A stretch of DNA of 53,554 bases, filler included, from Jimgerdemannia flammicorona (GCA_003990765.1; 3 parts of 3 records of this genome joined end to end with filler, not necessarily neighbours in it); one strand, 5' to 3'; positions 12,438 through 24,560 are shown, counted from the first letter of the whole stretch. Made by a program: numbers and translations. The notes: a model not told the origin generated them from the letters alone.

Positions 12438-15400
12438 TATAATAGTTCTAGTTTCTTTAAGAGGAAGTGGCTAAATCTGAAAGTTCTAGTTGTCCTAAAG
12501 TAGCTCAAAGAGATACTCAAAGGTTCAAGTGTTCTTGAAGAATTTCTGAAAGAAAATATTCTGAGTTTTATTCAGACAGAGAATAAGGATATTTATACAT
12601 GATCTAAAAGAAAGATCTGGAAGAATCTTAGAAAGAAAGAGAAATACCAAGAAATAAGTTCTCAGCAAAGCTGACTAATACTATTCTACAATGTTCTGAA
12701 AGGTTCTATGACTAGCTAAGATAAGATACTTGATGCCAAGGAAAGATAAGAATGTTCTAGTAGTGTCAGAGTATCAAGAGAAGGTTTCTAAGTAAGTAGA
12801 AGGTGGTAGAACATAGTAGAATGTTCAAGAAATTAAGAAAAGACTAACTAAAAGACACAAAAATGTACTAAGACTAAATATGACTGTAAAATTATTACAT
12901 TCCTCCCTCCTTAAGAACCAATATTCTCATTGAGTTCTTAGGTAACACAAGACTAGATATACTTAACCAAAATTTCTCAAACTTATATTGGCACATTGGC
13001 AGAGATTGGTCATCCTTATTTAGGTCAGAGGGCCTATTATCAGACTAACCAACTGGGAGGAGTTCAAATTCAGCTAGTAGCTTCATTTTGGTGGACTTTT
13101 TATTCATTAAATATTCTGCTAGTTCCAGAGTCCCAAAGTAAACTTCTGATGTATAAGGCACTGATCATTGCTATAGGTCATCAACAATTCAAGAAAGTCA
13201 CTCTAGAGATTGAGCAATATATTTTACCTTAAAGTCTTGAACTGGATCTTGAGAGTTCTTGAGGTTGACCAGTAGTTCCCAGGTAGCATCATATTCAGAG
13301 TAACCCATCAACTTGACTAGGTATTCAGGATGGCAGTAGTAGATTCATTTGTTAAGGATTTTCTCAGCTTTATACTCAATATGGTCTTCAATAATCACAG
13401 GGGCAGAAGGCTTAGGAATTTGACCAGAGTAGGGTGGTGACTGGTTCCAGGTCTTGAGATGTAATATATGAAAGACTGGGTGTACTCTAATGGTTTCAGG
13501 TAACTTAAGGTGATAGGAGGACATAGAGACTTATTTAGTAATCTTGAAAGATCCAATATACTTGGGTTGGAACTTGTTTAAAGGATGGTTGACTTGAGAT
13601 TATATCTTGAGGTTCTCAGTAGATAGTAGGACTTGATCTCCAACAGTGTAAGTGACATCACAGTATTTCTTGTCAGCATACTTGGCTTAATACTATTGAG
13701 TCTTCTGAAGATTCATAGTAGCAATCTTGAGTAGTTCATCCATTTTGTCTGTAAGGTTCTTAGTGGTTGGGACTTATATTTGACTGCTTTTCTTAAAAGA
13801 GAATAGACTTGTAGGGGTCTTGGAATCTTGACCATAGAGTAACTGGAAAGGGGAAAGACCAGTAGATGATTGGATGGCATTATTGTATACAAACTCTATA
13901 TAAGTCAGATATGTAGTGGTCCCAATTATCTTGCTCATAAGAAACATAGTTTCTAAGCATTTGTTTTAGAGTTCTGTTCATATGCTCAGTTTGTTCATCA
14001 GTTTGTAGATGAAAGGTGATAGATATAGCCAATTGAGTTCCCAGGGTCTTGAAGAGAGTTTGCCAGAAGTAACTAGTGAACTTTGGGTCACAATTGCTAA
14101 CAATTACTCATGGTAGGCCATAGTGATGGAAGATAGACTTGAAGAAGATTCTTGTAATCTCAGGTATAGTAGCCTTAGTAGTAATTAGTTTAGCACTATA
14201 GTCTTGGTTTGGTTAATGAATATGACAATAGCATCAGTATCAGATTGAGTTTGTGGTAGTTGAGTTACAAAGTCCATGGTAACTTACTCAAATTTCTTAG
14301 TAGAAATTGGCAGTAGTTGTAGCAAACTAGCTGGTGCTTAGTTGATAGACTTGTTGCACTGGCATAGATTACAGCTGACAATATAGTTCTTGATTTCCTT
14401 GACCATGCTTGGCTAATAGTAGTGGTATTGAATGTTCTTGACAGTCTTCTTAATTCCCAGGTGACTAGTAAGAGAGGAGTCATAGTGTTCTTATAAAACC
14501 TTATAGTGTAGGTTTATGTTTTCAGATAGATAGACTTGATCTTGATGATAGATCAGATTGTTCTCAATAGTATATATATCCTTGAGCTTGTTCAAGAAAA
14601 CTCTAGTAGCAACTGTGTCTTCTTTGTAAGCTTGCCTGATTTGGTCTAGGAATTTTGATATCAAGGTAACTTACATGATTGTAGCAAGGTCAGGGTATCT
14701 TGATAAGGCATCTGGTACTACAAGTGTCTTGTCAGGCTTGTAGATGATTGTTGGATTGAAGGTTTGAAGCTTGAGGCTCCACTTGGCTTATAGATATAAC
14801 AGAGTAGATTGGGTATTGATGTACTTGAGAGATTGATGGTTGGTAATGATATCAAACTCAATATCTTCTAGATAGTATCACCAGTAGTCTAGTGTATATA
14901 TTATTATCAGTAGTTCCTTCTTGTGAGTGACTAGCTTTTATTCTGCTAGAGTCAACTTGTGGGACTCAAAAGTAATAGAACAATGTCCTTTGCCATCATC
15001 TTATGATAGGACTGCTCTAATGGCAAAATTTGATGTATCAGTGGTGACCATGAATTTTAGGCCTTGATCTGCATTATGCAGGACTGGAGCATGGGTCAGG
15101 CAGTTCTTGAGTTCTGAAAAGCTTGTTGATAGAAGAGGTCTCAGGTGTAGGATACATAGTGGTCTGAGTGTGGGGCCTTCCCCATGAGGTTAGTCAGTGG
15201 CTTGACAATACCAGAGAAGTTTCTGACAAAGTAGTGGTAGTAGTCAGCTAGACCAATGAAGGATCAGAGTTCTGTGAGGTTTGATGGAATAGGTTATTCT
15301 TCAATTGCTTCTATCTTGTATAGGTCTACTTGAATTCCTTGTATAGAAACAATTTTGCCAAGATATTCGACTTGTTCCTTGAGGAATTTACACTTCTTGA

Positions 15401-16807
15401 GCTTAGCATAAAGCTTGTGTTTTCACAGAATCTCCAGGACTATTCAAATGTATTTGAGATGTTCTTCTTTAGTTATACTAAAGATCAGGATATCATCAAG
15501 ATATACCAACAGAAAAATAAATAATTGGTCCTTGAATATCTTATTCATCAGGGTCTAGAATGTAGTGGGTGCATTAATGAGACCAAATGCTAAGACAATG
15601 AATTCATAGAGTCCAAAGGGGGTCATGAATGCAGTCTTGGGAATATCTTCTGGCTTGATTCGAATCTGGTAGTATCCTGACATGAGGTCTAACTTGGTGA
15701 AGTACTTGGCATTCTTGAGAGCATCAAAGATTTGATCAATCAATGATAGTGGATAGTAGTTCTTGATAGTGAGTTTGTTGAGTATATGATAGTCTATATA
15801 TATTTACAGGGTACTATCCTTTTTCTTGATGAATAAGACTGGTGAGCCATAAGGAGATTTGCTTGGCTGAATGGCTCCTCATGCAAGCTTCTAATTTCTT
15901 CTTGACTGCTTCAATTTCAAGTAGTGACATGCAGTACATGTGTTTCTTGAGTGATATAGCTCCTGGGGTCAGTTTAATTTTATAATCAACTTCTCATATA
16001 GGTGGTAGACCAGGTAGCTTATCTGGAAAGACATCCTTGAATTCTTCTAGCAGTAACTTGACACTTTTATTGACTGATAGTCTCTTGGCTTGTTCTTGGA
16101 ATAGACCATTATAATAAAGATACATATACATTGCCTTTTTGAGTGCTCTCTTGTACTATATAGCTAACAGTATTGCAATCTGGGTCTTCCTTATAGTCTT
16201 GTCTATCTTGATAGTGATATTGGCTCTATCTTGAAGTAGGGTGACTTCATTCTTGCACAAATTGATATCTGAGTTGTGTTATATAAGCCAGGGTTTTCCT
16301 AAGATCAGGTCATGATCTCTTAGTGGTATAATCTCAAAGTCTACTCATTCCCAATATTTCTGGATCTTAAAGGATAGTTTGGTGGCAATTGACTCAATGG
16401 GGTACAGAGTACTATCTATAGTGACTATACTATTGTTCTTGGATATAGGCTTGGTAAAAATCTTGAGACTTTTGATGAGATTCTGATTGATGAAGTTTCC
16501 TATAGCTCTGCTGTCTATGAGTACTTGAACTTCTTTTCCTTTGACTAGGCCTTTGAAAATGAGTATAGCTTGAGCTCAATTTTCACTAAGAATTGCTGCT
16601 TAATCAGTGCTGCCAAAACCTTTTTGATCTCATTTAGTTTTAGAGAGTTCTTGAACTTCTGTAATTTTGAGTTAACTGGCTTTTTCTAGTATCATTTATG
16701 CAACTCAGTCTCCTTCCTTGACTGTGTAGTCTTGATTCTTCTGGTTGATAAGCAGAACTTAAACTTGTCCTTGAAAGTCTTGATCAATGATATCAGTATC
16801 TATATCT
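12438..16807 (-). mobile_element. Chromovirus (Ty3/gypsy) copy A: protease-RT-RNase H-integrase-chromodomain-PPT-3' LTR; gag lost
   Basis: VLIDSRAIGNFI (protease, ~16525-16490); [25 protein letters not shown] and VYLDDIL (RT, ~15700-15490); TTDTSNFAIRAVL (RNase H, ~15045); integrase ~14500-13480; chromodomain EYKAEKILNK...EYLVK...DATWE (~13380-13270); PPT 12900-12913; LTR 12438-12899. Confidence 0.92.
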
Positions 16808-17284
16808 TGTGACGGTACAGCCAGATTTGGAAGAAGGAAATAGGGAATAGACACTTGATCGCACCCATTCCCAAAGTAGTATAGCATTATAAGTTAGCAG
16901 TCCTCGATTTCGACATTGTCTAATTTCTTAGACATTGTCTAAATTTTAGACATTATCCAAATCGAATACCCCAATGTAGTATAGCATTTAGACATTGTCC
17001 AAATGTTTCGACAAAGTCCAAATGACTCATTTATTACTTAGCCACCCTCTCATAGCTAGCAAACTTGTATAAATAACCCAGTATCTTCGAGTGAATAAAC
17101 CTCAGATCGAAATAGTTCAAAGCAAAGAGATAGCAAAGGAACTAGTAAGCCTGCGGGCAGATACACTTCAAACTCACCCACTCTCCCCTGCAACTTCAAG
17201 AGACTCTGCAAGAGTCAGAACAGTCAAGTTTTCAAGATACAGAAATCCGACGTACTTTCAAGAGTAAGCGTCTGCTATATTACA
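16808..17284 (+). mobile_element. 5' LTR of a second gypsy family (copy C), inserted in antisense into chromovirus A
   Basis: TGTGACG...TATTACA ends; tandem gacattgtc(t/c)aa units; gtataaataaccc followed by gtgaataaa; followed by a PBS and gag. Confidence 0.85.
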
Positions 17285-17287
17285 ACT

Positions 17288-17304
17288 TGGTGCCCATTGG
17301 CTGG
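17288..17304 (+). promoter_or_regulatory. Primer-binding site (TGGTGCCCATTGGCTGG), tRNA not assigned
   Basis: TGG begins 3 nt after the LTR-terminal ACA. Confidence 0.7.
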
Positions 17305-17398
17305 TGATTCAAGATGAATCCCTCACTTTCAAGCTGAACAACGAACAACTGCCACCACCCAAACAACCATACAAACCAAGCCCCAATACCCAGACAAG

Positions 17399-17785
17399 AT
17401 GGATATGAGACCGCCAGTATTCCATAGATATACCTCAGATGAATCAATCATCACCTTCATTGATGATTTCAAGCAGTATGCTGCCATAAGGACTCTGACA
17501 GCAGCACAGCAAGTAGCCCTCATGCTCTTCAGCCTACAAGGCCCTGCCAGAGCAGCATTCACAGCCGCAACTTATGCAGGAAATGATGACGATGCTATAC
17601 TGACAGCACAGAAGACCTGGCTCCGAAACACATATTACATAGACGAGATCAAGCAAGCCCTGAAGGATCAGCTCAACACAATGTGCCAAGGAATGAGTGA
17701 GGATCCAAACACATTCTATACCAGGATTCAATATCAGATAATCCTTGCAGATTATGCTGCTGCTACCCAAGATCAAGTAGCCGAA
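17399..17785 (+). CDS. gag: Gypsy Gag N-terminus (partial, runs into gap)
   Basis: MDMRPPVFHRY...FIDDFKQYAAIR...LQGPARAAF, homologous to MATSLPTFAGY...FLDGIEGIAVLR...LREPARGIF at 28660. Confidence 0.8.
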
Positions 17786-17885
17786 NNNNNNNNNNNNNNN
17801 NNNNNNNNNNNNNNNNNNNNNNNNNNNNNTTAATTAATTAANNNNNNNNNNNNNNNNNNNNNNNNNNNNNNNNNNNNNNNNNNNN
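17786..17885. other. Artificial contig-join spacer (44 N + TTAATTAATTAA + 44 N)
   Basis: Six-frame stop linker at 17830-17841. Confidence 0.97.
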
Positions 17886-19162
17886 TTTTTTTTTTTTTTT
17901 TTTTTTTTATAGTCACTTGAACTTCCCTTTATTACTGCTATCTATAATAATAATACAATCTCACCCCATCACCTAACTGATACTCCTTGGATCCACTCCC
18001 CCTCCCTCCACCCCTTTCTACCAGTAGACAATCTAACCATCCACCACCTGAATCCTCCCACCACTCTTCTGTACAATATACTGTACCAAACCCCTATAAC
18101 TCCCCCCCCCAGGCCCCCACCCTTACCACCAGCCATTCAAAATATCCAATAGTAACCATTTCCAACATGTCACTCTATCTCCAATCTCTCTCCACTGACC
18201 CCTCTCAAATACATATGTCCAATGCTCAGCCATCTCAACTCATATAGCTAGAGCCCAACTGAGGGTCAGCTATTCATCCCCTACCCCTCCAACCAACCTG
18301 TGACAAAGCTCTTCCCACCTCCCCCCTTCCACTCCCTCCAGAACTTGCAACCTTAGACAATCTGTAATATGATACCAAAATACCTCTAAGATATCACACT
18401 CACCAAGCCAATGTTTAGGCATTTATATCACTCCCCCTTCCTGTCCAACACCAAAACATTCTTCATACTCAAATGTACCACTGGCCACCAAGTATCCAGA
18501 CCAGTAGTTCAACATCATATTCTACTACAGAACTTGCCACCATATCATCCAGAACTTGTGGGGTAGCCACTGTATCACTCACTTACTTCACATCTAGAGA
18601 TCATTCCAGTCCCACTCTTTGTTAATCCCAACCCTCTGCCAGGCTTCAGGCCAAAGGTCCCTACCCAAGCCCCACAAGCACTCCATTCCATCACTAAGCT
18701 AAAAGTCCTCCACCAAATCACTGCCCAGCAGTAGCCTATCCCATCTCCACATTTGTGGTCTCCAATCCTCCTCTCTCTCCTCACCCCATCTGAAGTCTAA
18801 TTTTCTTAGCACTATCCACCACCCTCCACCAAAAGCCCTTATACTGTATCCTTCTGCTCCCATCCATGGCCACCATTGCCAGCAGGTCTCCTGAATCACC
18901 ATGGGGGGAATACCGGACCTCCCACACCCTCTGTATGAGTGGCACCCACTTCTGACCCCTTAGTTCACTTGCTCTCCTCAGCCACCAGGCTCTCAAGCAG
19001 TAAAGATGGTTAGAAAAGTCCACTAAACCCAGTCTGCCTCTTTCCACTGAGAGGGTAAGGACCTCCTATCCTATCTGACTTTGCCGCCCTGCTCAGATCC
19101 ACAATCTCGCCAACTTCAATAGTCTTCTGACCACCCAAGCTGGGAAGTCCAGATGATACCCC
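17886..19162 (-). mobile_element. LINE copy 2, 3' fragment with poly-A tail
   Basis: Poly-T 17886-17908, then tatagtcacttgaacttcc as in copies 3 and 4. Translation LGLVDFSNHLYCLRAWWL and a C-terminal Cys/His knuckle. Ends at the hAT TIR. Confidence 0.88.
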
Positions 19163-19453
19163 TAGTGCTCCAAATGAATGGAGTTAATCTGGATGAGATT
19201 TGATTCAGATTCGTCATGTGATGGATTCAAATCAACTTGGATTGGTCTCATGATCTGATCCGAATTGATCCAGATTGATCTGGATTAATCCATCTGGATT
19301 GATCCATCTGGATTGAAATCTTTGGTGACATTACCCTTTCTTTTGTTCATTTCACTCTTGTTTTTTTTTTCCTATCATACTTTGGTAACATTACTCTTTT
19401 CTTTATTTTCTCTCTTTTCTTTGTTCTTTTTCTTTATTCTTTCCTGCTACATC

Positions 19454-21594
19454 ATGAGCAAACAAAACAGCAGCCCTTAATTCATACATTGGTCCAGTCT
19501 ACTCATTTTTCACCTTGCAATAATTGTCAAAAGAGAGAGTATTTGAGGTGGAAACTTACTCTCTGCTGATAATATTAGATTCTTTCTCATATGGGCAGTA
19601 CACAAGCTGCTCATTGAGAGCCAAAGGGGTGACAGTAGTGGCGATGGTGATAGTGATGGTGATGGTGATGGAAGGGATAAGGGTGAATTCTGGCAATAAC
19701 TCATAGTGGTCCTTTAGACCTCAGAATTCACAGACCTCACAGCTATGTATGTGGCAGCCTTTTTGGAGCAGCCAGTAGTAGATATAGGTTGCTCTTTTCT
19801 GCTACTACTTTTTACTTATTTAAATTCCCCCAGTATGACCCAATTCACCTCATGCTCTTCTTAGGGTCCACAGCTCTACAGTGAGATCTGCTGACTTTAT
19901 TTATAATATCTGGTCAAGATGAAGAAAGGTTGGAGGACATTGTAGGACATATCTTTAGTGGCTGAGCTATTGAGTCAATGCATTGTAGGACATATCTTTA
20001 GTGGCTGAGCTGTTGAGTCAATGCATTGTATGGTAGAGGTCTCAAAAGGAATAGAAGCAAGCTTTCATGAGCAATCTTGTACAACTCATGCAACTTGTTG
20101 GCATGTAACTCATTGGTATACAGCTTACTCACTCACTCACTCATACTCTTTTTCTGAAATACCCATCTCTGTATTTTATTTAATTTCATTTTTTACATGG
20201 TCTCTCTCTAAAAAATACCCACACCTACATGCAACCTGCTCACATGCAACTTACTTACATGCAATCCATTTGCACACAATCCGTCTGCATATAACCCATC
20301 TGTACACTTATCTTGGTCCCTCAGATCAGGGCTCAGTTCTATTGGAAAGGAGAGTTCAAAGTTACCTGAATTCAACCATGTCTAGCATCTGATCAAATAG
20401 AGAAATTTGAGGGCAAGATGTTCAGCATAAGCAGTACCAGTATCATCATTAAGACTTGGGGGTCTACATTCGAATCAGAGCCAATTATACTTGACCAAGG
20501 AGTCCATTGGCCAGCAAGAGTAACCAATGATGAAGAGAATCATATCTTTATTAACAAACATGAAGAGGTAGTTGTGGTGATGATAAGAAACCTCTATAGT
20601 AATGAGCTTCATCACTACATCAATAAGATTTGCAAGGATTGCATCAAATACTGGGTGGCAGAAAAGAGAGGGTGAAAAAAGCAAGGAGGGGGGGTTTGGA
20701 CAGGAATTGGATATACTTCAACACTAGTGAAGGGTGGGTTTCGGAGTTCCAAAATTCCCCACACTTATCTCTCCCTTTTTTTTTTCTCCTCTCTAGATAA
20801 ATCACACTCTTTGCCAACATACTCTTTTTAATACAATTCTAGAGATACACAAGATTCTGTACCCCTACTGGAACTTTAGAAATACTGTTGAAGAGCAAAC
20901 TGCATGTGAGCATGATACAGTCTATATGGCAATGGTGGCTATGATCTGGGGTTCTTTGAGTAGATTGATAGAGTATATAGCAGGCCAGCTTAGTAGTAAT
21001 CTCAGCACAACTATACATACATTCTTGGTATAATTTAGTATGCCATATAAGGTTGAGGAGCTCCACTTTTTTGGGGTGCTACAGCCCAGGAGATTTCTGC
21101 AGCCTGGGGGGTTTCTGCAGCCCAGGAGATTTCTGCCCTCTTGTATGCAAAAAAGACTGACCAGTTGCCATCTGTTTTGATAGGTTTCCAAGTCAGGACT
21201 CCCAGGGCTGGACCAAGAGCAGGCATCCATCAGTACAGCCTAGCAGTATGAGGTTCTGGGCCAAGAGTTCACCCAACCATACACTTGTATCACATTAGAA
21301 TATGTTAGGTGCAACATTTCTCTGCCTATACACACAGATAACAATATCATCCCAGTAATGTTTTACATCCTAGAAAGGAAGGGCCCAACCTGGGAGGATA
21401 GCAAAGGAGTCTGGTATGACCTCACCTACAGTTTCAGGGTCCTGTTTGCAGCCAATACAGCTGTCCTCTTCCAACCACATGACTACCACAGTACCATTGC
21501 CTTTGAGGAGAGCTTAGACACAACAGTCATCATACTCACAACAGATGATAGGCTCATCAAGGTCTGGGACTGGCAGGTGGAGCAGTTTTTGTAA
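19454..21594 (+). pseudogene. Spliced TET/JBP-like 2OG-Fe(II) dioxygenase pseudogene (cargo of hAT copy 2)
   Basis: Exons 20325-20733, 20843-21051 and 21184-21594 join in frame through GT-AG introns (343 codons, 4 stops, no frameshift). Motifs: VVVVMIRNLY...EKRG, TGIGY, QPYTCITL..CNISLPIHTD (HxD 21331-21339), GVWYDLTYSFRVLFAANTAVLFQPHDYHST (distal His 21487). Upstream exon(s) from ATG 19454 are uncertain. Confidence 0.7.
19938..20030. repeat. 43-bp direct tandem duplication (cattgtaggacatatctttagtggctgagct(a/g)ttgagtcaatg x2)
   Basis: Directly visible, one mismatch. Confidence 0.9.
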
Positions 21595-21847
21595 GAGTTA
21601 GGTAATCTTTTGCAAGGGATAGACAGTCTTTTATAAGGGTTAGGCAGTTATTTTGTATGGGTTGAGCAGTCTTATGTAGGGGGTTGGGCTAGGTGCCTCT
21701 TCTGTAGCACTAGCTTAGCCATTATACAGAGCCCTACTGGCCCCTCAGCCCTGCTCTGTAGTGCCACTGGTGCAGCACTGTAGCACAGGGCCAGGGTACC
21801 CATGGGACCTGAACCAGTGATAGGGCCTAAATCTGTGGTAGACTTCG

Positions 21848-22690
21848 ACTGCCAGAAGCACCCTCTGACTACCGGAAATGCCCTCCGACCACCAGAAGCA
21901 CCCTCCAACTACCAGAAGCACCCTCTACCCCAGACTCCTTGATGGCTTGGGGCTGCCCCTATGCTACTGGCAGAGGGCCACAAATTTTGCATACTCCCTC
22001 TATCTACCCTGCCTATTCCAGACACTTGCAGCTTGGGGCTGCCCCTTGCTGCTGGTGGAGGGCTACAAATTTTGTGCACTCCCTCGCCAACCTCATGCTC
22101 ACCAACCCTGCCAACTGACCCCATCCACTGATCTGGGCACTAACAGCTTGGGGCTGATAGCTTAGAGCTGCCCCTTGCTACTGGCAGAGGGCTACAAATT
22201 TTATACACTCTCTCCACCTACCCCACTTGTCCCAGATACTTGCAGCTTGGGGCTGCCCCTTGCTACTGGCAGAGGGCTACAAATTTTATATACTCCCTCC
22301 ACCAACCCCATGCCCACCAATCTCGCCGACTGATCCTGCCCACTGACCTGAATACTGACAGCTTGGGGCTACTCCTCACTACTGGTAGAGGGCCACAAGT
22401 TTTGCATGCTCTCTCTGCCAACCCCCCCTCCACCAACCCCCCCTCTGCCAACTCCCCCTCTGCCAACCCCTCTGACCAGGACACTTGTGGCTTGGGGCTA
22501 CCCCTTGCTGCTGGTGGAGGGCCACAAATTTTACATGCTCTCTCTGCTAACCCACCCACTGACCCAAGCACTGACAGCTTGGGGCTGCTCCTTGCTACTG
22601 GTGGAGGGCCACAAACATTGCATACTTCCTCCACTACTACTGCCAACTCTGCCGACTGCTGCCCACTTGAGCTGCAAACTCCAGGCTGAG
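21848..22690. repeat. Compound minisatellite between cargo gene and transposase
   Basis: 19-bp ccagaagcaccctc units x4 (~21850-21927), then about 7 units of 85-130 bp with core gcttggggctgccccttgctactggcagagggccacaaattttgcat. Confidence 0.9.
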
Positions 22691-22787
22691 TCCTCAGAGT
22701 TTTTTACCTTTTTATTATTTTTGAAAGGTATTAAATATTCCACAAGGCCAACCAACTTATCCGCAAACCCCCAGGACTTACTGAATT

Positions 22788-24560
22788 TTAGTGGCCTGAG
22801 CCCCACCAAGACTTCAGATACATATATGCCTAGATTGTCTCAGTATTCAGTACACACCTCTTTGGGGCAATGAGGTCTACCCCACCTGAGAACACTTGCT
22901 TGACAGGAGCGCTAGAGGCAGGAATCACCAGGTAGTCCTGAGCTATGCTACACAGACTGAGGAAGTTCATTTGACACAGCTATATGCCCCAGTAGATAGA
23001 TCAGTAGTTAGATTGGTGGGTTAAATTGGCCCAACACCCACCTGACAACTCACCTTCTACCAGTTGAGTACCTCTGCACCCTCCAGCAGGATCACACAGT
23101 TACTGGTGAGGTAAATGGTAAGTTCATCTATTGATAGTAGCTCTTTTACTGACAGCTCTCTCTTCCTCTTTCTGCTGAAGTAAATGTGGGACAAAAGGGA
23201 TCCCTCAGCATATTTATCTGAACTTTGGCCAGAATCTTGTAGTGGTGTATAGTTTTTCTGGTACACTTTGATTATGGCCTACTTGGTTCTCTCAATGAAG
23301 TACTGCTCCCAGCCCTGATCTTTATGGTATTGTAGCTTTAAGCATGAGTTCAGTACTGTTCAAAGAAAAGGAGAGAGTGAGTTTTTGCAGAGGTTTCTCT
23401 ATTTTGGAAGGGGCAATGGCCACATGCTGACATCAACATATCTGTACTGATTGAGTATATGGCAGTATCTGTTTGGGAGTAGTACTTTCTGAGCTTACTA
23501 AGAGCAACCTCCATGGTATCTCTCTGATCCAGGCTCAACTGTAAATCACCACAACTCTCCAGTCTGTTCTTGAGCTTATCCTTTAGCCAGTCAATCAGAA
23601 GGTTGTATACTAGTATTGCTGAGCTTATTATCAGGGTCATTTGTTTGACTATATCCTTTATACAATCATTGAAACACTGGTAGTTATATGTGGTGAGATG
23701 TTATATTGTGCAGAGGTAGACAAAACAAGTATGGAGGCTGACAAAACAAGTGTGGAGCCAGAGCAATTACCACTTACTTCCAAAACTCTGACAATATTCC
23801 TAAGTATATCCTACTTGCTTTTATCTAGAGCCTTGGCCTGTATTTCCTTGTCAGCAGTCACTGTTGAATCTATTGGCTTTTTTTGTTTTTTGTTTTTTTT
23901 TTTAAAATAAATCTTCAATCATCCAAAATAAGTTGCTTCAGCTGACTGAAGAAAAAAAGAACACATACTACAGCAAACTCCAGCACATGCTGGATCATTG
24001 CAAATATTGAGTTCCAATGTATACAGACATCTAATATAAGCTCTTTCGGGGCTAAACTGATTGCTCTACACTGTGTAGTGAATTTGTCTTATTGTTGTAG
24101 GGACAATTGGACTGACACAATCAGTTTGCATAGCTTGGAAATTATACTCAGGGCCCCTCCTCTCTCAGATGTTTTATCTATGTACATAAGATAGTCCTGA
24201 ACAGCAAGGTTTAGTATATGGGCCTGGCATCATATATAGCAGCTTTCTGTACTGAAGGCTATATTTTCCTGTTTGAGGCTGGCTACTAAAACTTTGAAAA
24301 ATGTTGAGTTGTTTGTGGCATTATTCATTGTAATGGTCAAAATCTGTACTTGAAATATTTGGTTGGTGAATTTATGTAAAAATAAATAACCAATAAAATC
24401 TGGTTTGTTTTAGAATCTCTCTCAAAACACTGATCTGACAGTAAGCCCCCCTTTTTTTACCTTAGTTGTGATTCCAAGCTCCCAGATACAACTAATAAAA
24501 GCATCTGCAATATTGTCTCCAGAATGAGGGCCAGCAAGTTTAATGAAGTCAAGCAGATAA
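22788..24560 (-). pseudogene. hAT transposase, C-terminal half, intron-containing
   Basis: LLDFIKLAGPHSGDNIA; ITTK|ILTITMNNATNN across a phase-0 intron 24460-24344; CQAHILNLAVQ; LILDVCIHWNS (from DVxTRWNS); dimerisation domain with intron 23053-22980, then SIAQDYLVIPASSAPVKQVFSGG...LKSW. Confidence 0.92.

Larger units (their letters stand above)
19163..24560 (-). mobile_element. hAT DNA transposon copy 2 with cargo gene; 5' end deleted
   Basis: TIR-like tagtgctccaaat at 19163, dense subterminal ggatt/gatc repeats 19175-19320, cargo gene 19454-21594, tandem repeats, transposase 24560-22788. Confidence 0.8.

Noticed and set aside
13000..13232. Antisense ORF in the chromovirus 3' UTR
   Set aside because: Short, non-ATG start, and poorly conserved in copy B; it cannot be supported.
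17830..17841. TTAATTAATTAA palindrome as a biological site (e.g. piggyBac TTAA)
   Set aside because: It is centred in N runs and repeated identically at 35715; it is an assembly linker.
20797..20842. Alternative acceptor at 20796 for the cargo gene
   Set aside because: With the phase-1 donor at 20734 it leads into a frame with many stops; the acceptor at 20842 keeps the frame open.
21940..22690. CRISPR-like array (conserved core with variable spacers)
   Set aside because: Cores are degenerate, spacers are related to each other and vary in length, there are no cas genes, and the context is a eukaryotic transposon.
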